Positions 22,003 through 31,449 of a stretch of 64,000 nucleotides of DNA are shown one piece after another. The notes beneath the pieces are model-generated. The model was not told the origin of the DNA, did no database searches, and worked only from the letters and a program-made list of their open reading frames with translations. This DNA is from Gammaproteobacteria bacterium (GTDB lineage Bacteria; Pseudomonadota; Gammaproteobacteria; UBA4575): positions 800,001-864,000 of the forward strand of contig CBDEUS010000001.1 of the NCBI GenBank assembly GCA_965243395.1. Reading direction: 5' to 3'. The translations under genes were made by a program, and so were the position numbers. Numbering within the stretch: the stretch's first letter is position 1; each line of letters begins with the position of its first letter.

Positions 22003-22223
22003 TCGTATTTATACTTATTTTTATTAAATTACGATATTCGGTTTTTAGGGCTTGGCCAATAAATCTATATTTTGACACTTTTTAATAATAGATGGTTTTA
22101 TGCTACACAATATTGAGAATTACTATAATAATCTGTGGGGATACAGTGAAGATAAAAAGCGATAAAATTAGATCAATTGATAGCCAGTAGTTGCGTATAT
22201 AAGCGAAAAATTAAGGAATAAAG

Positions 22224-22628
22224 ATGAGTTCAATATATCGAACCGAAGATCTCGCTAAACTAATACTCCGTCTTACCGTTGGCGGATTAATGTTATTTTA
22301 TGGAATTGCAAAAATAGTCCACTTGCAAACATTGGGATTCATTAAGAATCAATTAGCTGAGATTGGAATGCATCCTGTCATTGCATATGGTGTGTACGTA
22401 GGTGAAATTGTTGCTCCTTTATTAATTATTTTGGGGATATATTGTCGTTTTGGCGGATTGCTTATAACAATTAATATGCTGTTTGCTATCGCTTTAGTTC
22501 ATATGCATGAGTTGTTGTCCTTAAACGAACATGGCGGTTGGCAACTAGAAGTACAATTCTTTTACTTAATTGGTGGGCTGCTAATTTTATTACTTGGAAG
22601 TGGTCGCTTTGCTTTTAAACCAGATTAA
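22224..22628 (+). CDS. DoxX family membrane protein
   Basis: LILRLTVGGLML, GVYVGEIVAP, GGWQLE, GSGRFA; about 4 TM helices. Confidence 0.9.
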   Translation: MSSIYRTEDLAKLILRLTVGGLMLFYGIAKIVHLQTLGFIKNQLAEIGMHPVIAYGVYVGEIVAPLLIILGIYCRFGGLLITINMLFAIALVHMHELLSLNEHGGWQLEVQFFYLIGGLLILLLGSGRFAFKPD

Positions 22629-22652
22629 TACAAATGTGTTCAAATAGGTAAG

Positions 22653-23216
22653 ATGTTCTCTTACAGCTTTGAACAATTCTTAAGGCAAGTATTTCTATTA
22701 AGCTTTTTGATCGGGTGCATGAGCTCATGTTCGCACAATGTACCTCGAGAGGAAAACATAAATAAAGCAGCACAACTTTCCAAAGATATTGCATTATTAT
22801 CATCAGAAATACCTTTTGCTGAAGCAGAGCAAACTTCGCGTACACTGATGAAAACAACGGAAAGTTTAGCTAATGAATACCGCATGGTTAGCCCGCCGCG
22901 TTACCATAATTTATTAGTTCATATGGGCATACGCAAAAGGGGACTGTGTTGCCATTGGGCAGAAGATCTGCATACAAATTTAAGAATGCTTAGTGTTAAT
23001 TCTTTAAAATTTGATTGGCTGGTAGCAAAGCAGGGTAAATTACTTGAGCACAGTAGTATTGTAATTTATCCCGCAAAATTGACGTGGAAAGAGGGTATTG
23101 TATTTGATCCGTGGCGTAAATCTGGAATTCCCTACTGGACCACTGTGAATAGTGATAGATACTCTTGGCAGCCCCATCCACTCAATGGCCAATGGAATAT
23201 ATTGCGCTGTAAATAA
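22653..23216 (+). CDS. Hypothetical lipoprotein with possible Cys-His-Asp triad
   Basis: Hydrophobic N-terminus with Cys residues (GCMSSC); GLCCHWA, EHS, FDPWR motifs. Confidence 0.6.
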   Translation: MFSYSFEQFLRQVFLLSFLIGCMSSCSHNVPREENINKAAQLSKDIALLSSEIPFAEAEQTSRTLMKTTESLANEYRMVSPPRYHNLLVHMGIRKRGLCCHWAEDLHTNLRMLSVNSLKFDWLVAKQGKLLEHSSIVIYPAKLTWKEGIVFDPWRKSGIPYWTTVNSDRYSWQPHPLNGQWNILRCK

Positions 23217-23558
23217 AGACTTTTTGAGATCTTTTTAAATAAATATTCGGTATTCCATAAAATTGATAGACTCTGATCTATGTTTAGTGCATTATCTGGT
23301 TTTACAGCTGATTTATATTTTGTATTTAATCGTTTGGTCATAGCACAGTTAGATTTCATATCCGTTCTGTTCGTCTTACTTGTATTTATCTAAAGAATTC
23401 ACTGCTTATTAATTCCTCGTTTAGTTTCATATTTAGGCACTTTTAAGTTTCTCTTAGTTATGTATCCAGTTCAGACCTTGGCCTTTTTACTATCGTTAAA
23501 AATGGTGAGCTAGTTTATCGATGGTTTGTTTTTATAGTTCACATAAATAGGAGAAATA

Positions 23559-23828
23559 ATGAATATTTACGTTGGAAACTTACCTTATACTATTTCTGAA
23601 GACGAACTACGTGGTTTGTTTGAAGCACATGGTGAAGTATCAAGTGCTAATATAATTATGGACAGAGAGTCGGGCCGATCTAAAGGCTTTGGTTTCGTTG
23701 AAATGCCTGAAAAAGCTCAAGCCGAAGCTGCAATTGATGCAATAAATCAATCTGATGTTCAGGGTAGAAGTGTACGTGTAAACGAAGCTCGCCCACGTAA
23801 CGATAACCGCGGTGGTGGCCGTCGTTAA
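23559..23828 (+). CDS. RNA recognition motif (RRM) RNA-binding protein
   Basis: RNP2 IYVGNL, RNP1 KGFGFVEM, VNEARPR, Gly/Arg tail; AGGAG RBS. Confidence 0.95.
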   Translation: MNIYVGNLPYTISEDELRGLFEAHGEVSSANIIMDRESGRSKGFGFVEMPEKAQAEAAIDAINQSDVQGRSVRVNEARPRNDNRGGGRR

Positions 23829-23940
23829 AGGTAAATTTAAATTTTACGCTAATACAGTATGTAAAATTTGATGGAACCCTTTAAACGGGTAAACAAGTAG
23901 GGTATTCGAAGAAGGGAAGCGTATTTCAAGTGATGTTAAA

Positions 23941-23980
23941 TAAGTGAGGCGCCTATGTGCAATACATAAACGCCCACTTA
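23941..23980 (-). terminator. Terminator-like long hairpin between convergent genes
   Basis: Minus strand taagtgggcgtttatgt-attgc-acataggcgcctcactta; GU pairs form only on the minus strand; just downstream of the 23993-24262 gene. Confidence 0.55.
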
Positions 23981-23992
23981 AGACATTTGTCT

Positions 23993-24262
23993 TTATTTAG
24001 ACATCATGCTTTTAATAAGACCTACAACGATCATCACGATACCGCCACCTCCGGCAGCTGCACCAACATCGCCCAGCATTCCGCTTCCAAGCATTGCACC
24101 AATTGTATCACCTAGGAAATGGCCACTAAGGCCGCCTCCTACGAGACCAGCAACGGTGTTGCCTAAAAATCCAAGGCTTAATTTTTTAGCAAGAGCTCCA
24201 ATTACGTTTCCACCGACAGCACCACTGACGAGCTGAATAATTAGGGGCATAAGTGCTTCCAT
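23993..24262 (-). CDS. Small glycine-rich membrane protein (hypothetical)
   Basis: LIIQLVSGAVGGN...GNTVAGLVGG...; three hydrophobic Gly-zipper segments; GGGAGG RBS. Confidence 0.8.
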   Translation of the reverse strand: MEALMPLIIQLVSGAVGGNVIGALAKKLSLGFLGNTVAGLVGGGLSGHFLGDTIGAMLGSGMLGDVGAAAGGGGIVMIVVGLIKSMMSK

Positions 24263-24510
24263 AAGATCTTCCTCCCAAAGATTATTATTTTTAGCGGCAG
24301 TTTTTTGACTACCTATATTTTTATTGTTCTAAGACTGTAGTGGACTCTAGGAAACTTGGGAAGCACTATTTTGGTTCAAAGCTGTAATCAAATCTTCAAA
24401 ATATTATATCTAACAGCTAGTTATATATAGTATTTAAGGTGATTTAGATGATCATATACAGTGCAAAATAGCTAAATAACCGTTCTTTTAGTAGCTGCAT
24501 TCTTAATCTT

Positions 24511-26547
24511 TTATGAACGATTAACTAAGCTTTGCCATCCTGGATCTGGTTCATAACGCTTTCCATATTGACCATGTAAGGATTCTAAAGTCTCAAGCAA
24601 TGCACCCGCACCTTTAGATTCAATATAGTTGATGGGGCCTCCTTCAAACGGTGCAAAACCAGTACCGAAGATCACACCTGCATCAAGATGGTCCTTATCT
24701 GCGACAACTTTTTCACGTAAGCATGCGACCGCTTCATTTAAAAATCTCAAAATCAGTCGATTTTGAATGTAATCAATGTTTTCTGTTGATGATTTAGATT
24801 TTGGATTAACTTTTTTGCCTTTTTTCCAAGTGTAAAAACCTTGACCTGTTTTTCTACCAAGGTTATTTGCTTCTACTAAGGTTTTAAAAGAATTGGGTAA
24901 ATTATAATTATAGGCTTGGCTTAGTAATTCACCCACATGCAGTCCTATATCGAGTCCTACCGTATCAGCCAGTTCAACGGGCCCCATTGGCATTCCAAAT
25001 TTCTTTGCAGCTTGGTCAATTGCTGTAATTGAAGTGCCTGTGTCATATAGTAAACCAGCTTCTACCATGTAAGGCGTCAAAATACGATTAACTAAAAAAC
25101 CTGGAGAACTTTTAGTAGGTAGAGGCAATTTGCCAATTTGTTTTGCGAAATTAATTGCTCGCTGGGATATCACTGGATTGGTTTCTTTGCCGTTGACTAT
25201 TTCAATGAGCGGCATTTTGGTAACAGGATTGAAAAAATGCAGGCCAACTAACCGTGTTGGATCTGATATTGCGTCACATAGTTGCTCGATCTCAATACTG
25301 GATGTATTTGTAGTGATTAATGCATCTTTTTTCAGCTTCGGTTCAATGGAAGCGTATAAATTGCGTTTTACATCTTTATTTTCAAAAATTGCCTCAATGA
25401 CGACATCCGCTTTCGATATGCCATTACCTTTAATGTCTAGAATGAATCGATCCATAGCGCCTTTGATTAATAGACGTTTTTTGAGGCGTTTTTTGAAATA
25501 TTCATAAGCTCGATTTTTTGCACGCGCTAAGCTTTCAGCTTTTAAGTCTTGCAAGGTGACTTGTAAACCTTGTGACACACACCATGTGGCTATATCTCCA
25601 CCCATGACGCCCGCGCCGATAATATGTACGTGTTTAACTTTGTCCGCATTTTCACTTGCGAGAGATTTCAACTCATCCTGTAATAAAAACACCCTCACCA
25701 AATTTTTTGTTGTTTTGTTTGTGCTGAGTTGTGCTACCGATTCAGCTTCTTGTTGTAAAAAATCAGGTTCATCGCCATAGTTTTTAAGCCAATGCTCGAT
25801 AATTGCGTAAGGAGCAGGGTAATGTTCAGGTTTTGCCTTTTTTGCTACTTGTTTACGCATTTGCATGGCAACAAGCGGGCGTACTAATCTACTATTTAAT
25901 AATTTAGAAATTCTAGGAGCTTGTCTTTTCTTAGGTGTACTCAGCAGCATCTTATTGGCAACGTTATTTAATAAACGCTGCGGAACTGCTTCATCAATTA
26001 AACCTATTTTTTTTGCATAGCTTGTACTGACGCTTCGACCTGTCAACATCATGTCCATCGCAACAAGAGGGTTAACATGTCTTAAAATTCGAACAGTCCC
26101 TCCATAGCCTGGATGTATCCCTAATCTGACTTCCGGGAGTGATAAACGTGTTTTAGGGTCTTCTAGAGCGATGCGATAATCACAGGCTAAAGCCATTTCC
26201 AGTCCACCACCCATGCAAAAGCCATTAATGACTGCAATTGTTGGGCAGGGAATTTTGTCTAGTTGATTAAAAACAGACTGACCGTATTGAACCAGCTCAA
26301 GTGCTTCTTGGTGGTTGGTGATTTTGGTAAATTCTTTAACATCTGCACCTGCAATAAAGCCTTTGTCTTTCAACGAAGTTAAAGCAATACCTTCAGGAAG
26401 ATTTTTTGAATAGTGTACAAGTATTTGATTTAATTCTGAGAGTACTGCGGTAGATACTACATTGGCACTTGCACCTTCAACATCCATACCTAACCAGGCA
26501 ATTCCCGTCGGGTGTTCTTCAATTTTCCAATGTTGATAGTCTTGCAT
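24511..26547 (-). CDS. fadJ: Fatty acid oxidation complex alpha subunit (enoyl-CoA hydratase/3-hydroxyacyl-CoA dehydrogenase), FadJ-like
   Basis: FIAGADV, GGGLEMALACDYR, LPEVRLG, GAGVMGG, TNTSSI, GLHFFNP, GFLVNR. Confidence 0.85.
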   Translation of the reverse strand: MQDYQHWKIEEHPTGIAWLGMDVEGASANVVSTAVLSELNQILVHYSKNLPEGIALTSLKDKGFIAGADVKEFTKITNHQEALELVQYGQSVFNQLDKIPCPTIAVINGFCMGGGLEMALACDYRIALEDPKTRLSLPEVRLGIHPGYGGTVRILRHVNPLVAMDMMLTGRSVSTSYAKKIGLIDEAVPQRLLNNVANKMLLSTPKKRQAPRISKLLNSRLVRPLVAMQMRKQVAKKAKPEHYPAPYAIIEHWLKNYGDEPDFLQQEAESVAQLSTNKTTKNLVRVFLLQDELKSLASENADKVKHVHIIGAGVMGGDIATWCVSQGLQVTLQDLKAESLARAKNRAYEYFKKRLKKRLLIKGAMDRFILDIKGNGISKADVVIEAIFENKDVKRNLYASIEPKLKKDALITTNTSSIEIEQLCDAISDPTRLVGLHFFNPVTKMPLIEIVNGKETNPVISQRAINFAKQIGKLPLPTKSSPGFLVNRILTPYMVEAGLLYDTGTSITAIDQAAKKFGMPMGPVELADTVGLDIGLHVGELLSQAYNYNLPNSFKTLVEANNLGRKTGQGFYTWKKGKKVNPKSKSSTENIDYIQNRLILRFLNEAVACLREKVVADKDHLDAGVIFGTGFAPFEGGPINYIESKGAGALLETLESLHGQYGKRYEPDPGWQSLVNRS

Positions 26548-26553
26548 GAGTAC

Positions 26554-27843
26554 TTACTGCAAGTTTTCGACTAGTATTGCCCCACCTTGGCCACCGCCAA
26601 TGCAAATCGTAGCAACACCCAGTTTTGCTTTGCTTCGTTGTAAAACATTTAAAATGTGGTGAACAATACGGGTTCCACTCGCTCCTACAGGATGCCCCAT
26701 GCTGATAGCACCACCATCGACGTTTAAGTTCTGATGTGGCACTTCACCGAAGGCTTTGTCTAAACCTAAGTGCTCTTGACAATACTTAGCATCTTTCCAC
26801 GCAGCCATACAGGCTAGAACTTGAGCTGCGAAAGCTTCATTGAGTTCCCAGTATTCAATGTCATTTGCAGTTAAATTATGTTCGCGCAACATGGGTACAG
26901 TGGAATGCACCGGACCTAATCCCATATGCCTTGGGTCTAAGGCAGCCCAATTAGAGGCTATTAACCTACCCATTACACTAAGATTGTGTTTTCTTACTGC
27001 TTGTTCACTGGCCAGAATGACCCATGCTGCACCATCAGTAATTTGTGCGCTATTACCTGCAGTAACGTTCCCATGTTTTTTATCAAATACAGGTTTTAGT
27101 TTGGCAAGTTTTTCCATACTAGAATCAGGGCGCACACCATCATCTTTATCATAAGCTTTGCCTTTATCGTCATATACAACTTCCATTTCGTTTTCAAAAA
27201 TTCTATTTTCTTGCGCTTGCACCAAACGCATATGGCTCTCTACTGCGAACTGATCCATCTCTTCGCGTGTGATATTAAATTTATGTGCAAGATTTTCAGC
27301 AGTTTGTCCCATTGATAGTCCAACTACCGGATCAGTAAGGCCTTTTAATAATCCAATCACAGGCGCAAAAAACTTCGGTCTCAAATTAGCGACTGTTTTA
27401 ATTTTTTGCATGGGTGATTTAGCGGCATTCATATCCGCTAACCAATTCACCATATGATGATTATAGAGGACAGGAGAGTGACTCATGGCTTCAGCGCCAC
27501 CAGCCAATACCATGTCAGACTTGCCAAGCAAAATATTTGCAAATGCTGAATCAACAGCCTGCATTCCGGATGCGCAATTGCGTTGTACTGTCCATGCAGG
27601 AACTTTATCGCCACAGCCTAAACGCAGGCTTATTACGCGTGCAATATTTACCTCGTCTGCGCTTGGTCCTACACAGCCAACAATTACTTCATCCAGTTCT
27701 TCAGGTGCAAAGGGCTGGCGCATGAGTAGCGGGTTAGCAGCTTGCACAGCGAGATCTGAAGCCTGAAAAGGGCCAGGTCTCCCTCGTGCTTTCAAAAATG
27801 GAGAACGACTACCATCAACGACATATACGCTATTTGTACTCAT
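26554..27843 (-). CDS. fadI: Acetyl-CoA C-acyltransferase (thiolase), FadI-like
   Basis: VQRNCASG, NEAFAAQ, GHPVGASG, CIGGGQG. Confidence 0.85.
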   Translation of the reverse strand: MSTNSVYVVDGSRSPFLKARGRPGPFQASDLAVQAANPLLMRQPFAPEELDEVIVGCVGPSADEVNIARVISLRLGCGDKVPAWTVQRNCASGMQAVDSAFANILLGKSDMVLAGGAEAMSHSPVLYNHHMVNWLADMNAAKSPMQKIKTVANLRPKFFAPVIGLLKGLTDPVVGLSMGQTAENLAHKFNITREEMDQFAVESHMRLVQAQENRIFENEMEVVYDDKGKAYDKDDGVRPDSSMEKLAKLKPVFDKKHGNVTAGNSAQITDGAAWVILASEQAVRKHNLSVMGRLIASNWAALDPRHMGLGPVHSTVPMLREHNLTANDIEYWELNEAFAAQVLACMAAWKDAKYCQEHLGLDKAFGEVPHQNLNVDGGAISMGHPVGASGTRIVHHILNVLQRSKAKLGVATICIGGGQGGAILVENLQ

Positions 27844-28107
27844 TTAGACCTCAGTGTACGTTAGGACTTCATCAAGCTAAAGTTTTTACAAGTTAAAGTA
27901 GTTTCTAGCTTTAGCATCTTTATTTACATCAATCACATAAGTACATTTTTTAAGCAGTAGATTGGTTTTTGTTTCATGTGAAGCATAAATAAAGTAGTTT
28001 TTTGTTCGTATATGACCATTGAAAATGCAATATGACTTTCAATCATGTTGCACGTATTTTGAAAATTATTTTTTGAACTTTCAGTTCAGACAAACAGGAA
28101 CAGCACA

Positions 28108-29466
28108 TTGGCTTCGTTAACACAATCAGAAGAACTTAAAAGGCGAGATTTAGACAACATTTGGCATCCGTGTACGCAAATGAAAGATCATGAGCGTCTG
28201 CCGATGACACCAATCAAGAAAGCTAAGGGGGTGTGGTTAGAAGATTTTGATGGAAATCGGTATATCGATGCCATCAGCTCCTGGTGGGTCAATTTATTTG
28301 GCCATGCAAATGAAACAATTAGTCATTCCATAAAACAACAGCTTGATCAAATGGAGCATGTGCTTTTAGCAGGGTTTTCTCATGAAGCAGTAATAAAACT
28401 TTCTGAACAACTCGTGGAGATCACGCCTGAACCATTGCAAAAGTGCTTTTACGCTGACAATGGCTCTTCAGCGATAGAAGTAGCTCTGAAAATGAGTTTT
28501 CACTATTGGAAAAATACGGGTAAATCTAAAAAGAGCAAATTCGTCAATTTAAGTAATTCCTATCACGGTGAAACCATCGGTGCCTTGTCTTTGGGTGATG
28601 TCGCCCTCTACAAAGAAGTCTACGAGCCACTGCTGTTAGATGTCATTACAGTGCCGAGTCCGGATAGCTACAACCGGGAGCAGGGTGAGACTCAAGCTGA
28701 TTATGCAAAGCGCATGTTTGTGCATATGGAACAGACGTTAGAACAAAATCATGAAGAAGTTTGTGCCGTAGTAGTAGAGCCGCTAGTGCAATGCGCTGGG
28801 TATATGCGCATGTATGCGCCAGAATATCTCACTCTCCTTAGAGACGCTTGTGATCGATATGGTGTACATCTGATAGCTGATGAAATTGCCGTAGGTTTTG
28901 GCAGAACGGGTACTTTGTTCGCTTGCGAGCAAGCCAACATCAGCCCTGACTATATGTGCCTTTCAAAAGGCTTAACTGGAGGCTATTTACCACTTTCTGT
29001 GGTGCTGACAACAAATTCCATCTATGACGCATTTTATGACGAATATGAAAATCTCACGGCTTTTCTGCATTCGCATAGCTATACCGGTAATCCACTCGGT
29101 TGTGCAGCTGCACTTGGCACACTTGAAATATTTAATACTCAAGACGTGATTGGTGCAAACCGCAAATTGAGCCAAGAGTTTGCCAAACAATGTGAACGAT
29201 TTATGGATCATCCACATGTTGGTGATATTCGCCAACATGGCATGATCACCGCAGTTGAAATGGTAAAAGATAAAGCCAGTAAAGAATCGTATCCATGGCA
29301 GGAACGAAGGGGTTTGGAAGTTTATAAATATGGTTTAAAAAATGGTGCGTTATTGAGACCATTGGGCGATGTCATTTACTTTATGCCACCCTATGTAATC
29401 ACCCCAGAAGAAATTAAGATGCTGGTGGATATCGCCGAACAAGGTATAGAAAATGCAGTCGGTTGA
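28108..29466 (+). CDS. bioA: Adenosylmethionine-8-amino-7-oxononanoate transaminase
   Basis: IWHPCTQMKDH, DAISSWWVN, YHGET, DEIAVGFGRTG, SKGLTGG, HSHSYTGN. Confidence 0.95.
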   Translation: MASLTQSEELKRRDLDNIWHPCTQMKDHERLPMTPIKKAKGVWLEDFDGNRYIDAISSWWVNLFGHANETISHSIKQQLDQMEHVLLAGFSHEAVIKLSEQLVEITPEPLQKCFYADNGSSAIEVALKMSFHYWKNTGKSKKSKFVNLSNSYHGETIGALSLGDVALYKEVYEPLLLDVITVPSPDSYNREQGETQADYAKRMFVHMEQTLEQNHEEVCAVVVEPLVQCAGYMRMYAPEYLTLLRDACDRYGVHLIADEIAVGFGRTGTLFACEQANISPDYMCLSKGLTGGYLPLSVVLTTNSIYDAFYDEYENLTAFLHSHSYTGNPLGCAAALGTLEIFNTQDVIGANRKLSQEFAKQCERFMDHPHVGDIRQHGMITAVEMVKDKASKESYPWQERRGLEVYKYGLKNGALLRPLGDVIYFMPPYVITPEEIKMLVDIAEQGIENAVG

Positions 29467-29527
29467 ACATATGGATGTGTGCATTAAAGCGGCGTCTTCG
29501 ATGACGCGTACAGGTTAGAGTTAAATT

Positions 29528-29803
29528 ATGAAAATAATAATTAAATATCTTGCTAAACCTCAGCATAAAGACTCACTAGAAAAATCACTTCGTTCAATTA
29601 TTGGTATTACCCGTAAAGCACATGGTTGTGTTCAATGTGACTTACATCCTTCACTAGACAATCGACTTGTGTTTTTTTTCGATCAACTCTGGGACAACGA
29701 AAAGAATTGGGTGGATTATTTAGAGAGAAAACATATGCAGGAATTTTCAAACCAAACAGAAGCGATGATTGACACAATTGATGTATGCGTGTCAGAGCAT
29801 TGA
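29528..29803 (+). CDS. Antibiotic biosynthesis monooxygenase (ABM) domain protein, divergent
   Basis: AKP...L...TRK.HGC.Q.DLH...F...W...H pattern; 91 aa. Confidence 0.7.
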   Translation: MKIIIKYLAKPQHKDSLEKSLRSIIGITRKAHGCVQCDLHPSLDNRLVFFFDQLWDNEKNWVDYLERKHMQEFSNQTEAMIDTIDVCVSEH

Positions 29804-29866
29804 TAAAGCTATTGACATCTATTTGTCCAAGGCAGACATTTATGGAAAAACCTAAGAGGTAGAACG

Positions 29867-30265
29867 ATGAATTCAGCTTCAGAAGCAGTTAAAGCTTATT
29901 TTGATGCATGGGATAGTCATAATACTGATGCAATTTTAGATACGCTCACGCCAGATGGTACATATAGCGACCCAGTGGGTGGTGAAAATTTATCGGGCCA
30001 GGCGTATGCGGATTATGCAAATTCACTATTTGCAGCATTCCCTGACCTGAAATTAGAATTAATCAGTAACATTGTAGCCAGTAACGGTATGGTTGCTGCT
30101 CCCTGGCTGTTATTTGGAACACATAAAGGCCCTGTAGGTGATTTTCAGCCAACTAATAGAGCAATTACTTTACCTGGATGTGACTTTATTACTGTTGAAA
30201 ATGGGAAAGTTAAAAAAGTCAGAGGATATTTTGACCCGGAATATTTATTTAAACAGTTGAAGTAA
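29867..30265 (+). CDS. SnoaL-like/ester cyclase (NTF2-fold) protein
   Basis: YFDAWDSH, YSDP, AFPDL, GTHKG, GCDFI, RGYFD. Confidence 0.85.
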   Translation: MNSASEAVKAYFDAWDSHNTDAILDTLTPDGTYSDPVGGENLSGQAYADYANSLFAAFPDLKLELISNIVASNGMVAAPWLLFGTHKGPVGDFQPTNRAITLPGCDFITVENGKVKKVRGYFDPEYLFKQLK

Positions 30266-30504
30266 TAATAATGGTATTAGCTATGTCTGGTTCTATATGC
30301 AGAATATTGTTCCCTACAATTCCTACACGTTTGTCATCCATGGCGATCGAAATGGACAGTAATTAAATGGCATATAAAACAATATTGGCACTTGGATATC
30401 AGATAGATAATTTGAGCGAAATAAAAACATTAAAAAAATTAAATTGAAGATTGAGATCTTTATAAGTAATACAAATTAAAAAATAATTAAAAAAAGAGGT
30501 TGCT

Positions 30505-31365
30505 ATGAAAAGAGATACAATATTAATGGGAGCCGCCAACTTTGGTCCAGGTGCCGTAACGATCTGGGATGGCTTTAGAGCATGGTTCAATAAGAAAGGT
30601 CTTCCTTTCGAATATATCTTGTATAACACCTATGATCGTCAGATCTCGGAACTATTGCTGGGTCATATCGATGTTGCATGGAACGATCCAGGTGGATGGA
30701 TCCGTAGTCAGAGAACGGCAGAATCAGAAGGTAGGAATGCAGAAGCGCTGGTTATGCGTGATGCTGATTTCGATGTTGCTAGCGTTCTCGCAGTTCGTTC
30801 TGATAGTGATTTCCAAAGCCTGGCTGACCTTAAAGGTGCGACCATTGCCGTAGGTAACCCCAATTCAGTTGAATCAACTATGCTTCCTGTATTCGCAATG
30901 AAGGAAGCAGGTTTGGAACCTGGAAGAGATTACAAACTCCTCGTGTGTGGATCGTCAAATAACGGCTACCGCCCATGGATTATGGATGGTGAAGTAGCTG
31001 CAGCAAAAGCAGTAGCGGAAGGTAAAGCCGATGCAGCTGGCTTGGCTGAGGCCAATTATCAAGGATTTGGTAATGACGGTACATTCTCCGCTGATGACAT
31101 GCGAGTATTAGAGTTCACGCCAAAATACGACCATTGTAATTTGACTTATCTTGAGTCACCCAACTCAGCGCCAAGGGAACTGATCGATCGCATGACGGAA
31201 CTCTTTCTTGAGATGTCTTACGATGATCCCGAGTTGCAACCTTATATGGAACTAGAATACGTCAAGCAGTGGAAACCTGGGCGGACAACGCATTATGAGT
31301 CTATTGATCGTGCCTGGGATTTTAATGAGTCGTTGTCTCAGGATATTTTGAAACCTGCTGTATAG
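30505..31365 (+). CDS. PhnD-like substrate-binding-protein fold, lacking a signal peptide
   Basis: TIWDGFRAWF, IDVAWN, MRDAD, SLADLKG.TIAVG, YDHCN; GAGG RBS. Confidence 0.75.
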   Translation: MKRDTILMGAANFGPGAVTIWDGFRAWFNKKGLPFEYILYNTYDRQISELLLGHIDVAWNDPGGWIRSQRTAESEGRNAEALVMRDADFDVASVLAVRSDSDFQSLADLKGATIAVGNPNSVESTMLPVFAMKEAGLEPGRDYKLLVCGSSNNGYRPWIMDGEVAAAKAVAEGKADAAGLAEANYQGFGNDGTFSADDMRVLEFTPKYDHCNLTYLESPNSAPRELIDRMTELFLEMSYDDPELQPYMELEYVKQWKPGRTTHYESIDRAWDFNESLSQDILKPAV

Positions 31366-31449
31366 CACGATAAAAAAATGATGTAACGAACGTTTCGAAT
31401 TAAGACTGGCCTTAATATAGAGGTTTGGGTTTTACGCATTGCTTAATTG

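Noticed and set aside
27844-28107. BirA or FadR operator between fadI and bioA
   Set aside because: Only an AT-rich attgaaa/tttcaat inverted repeat; no match to the TGTAAACC...GGTTTACA or FadR consensus
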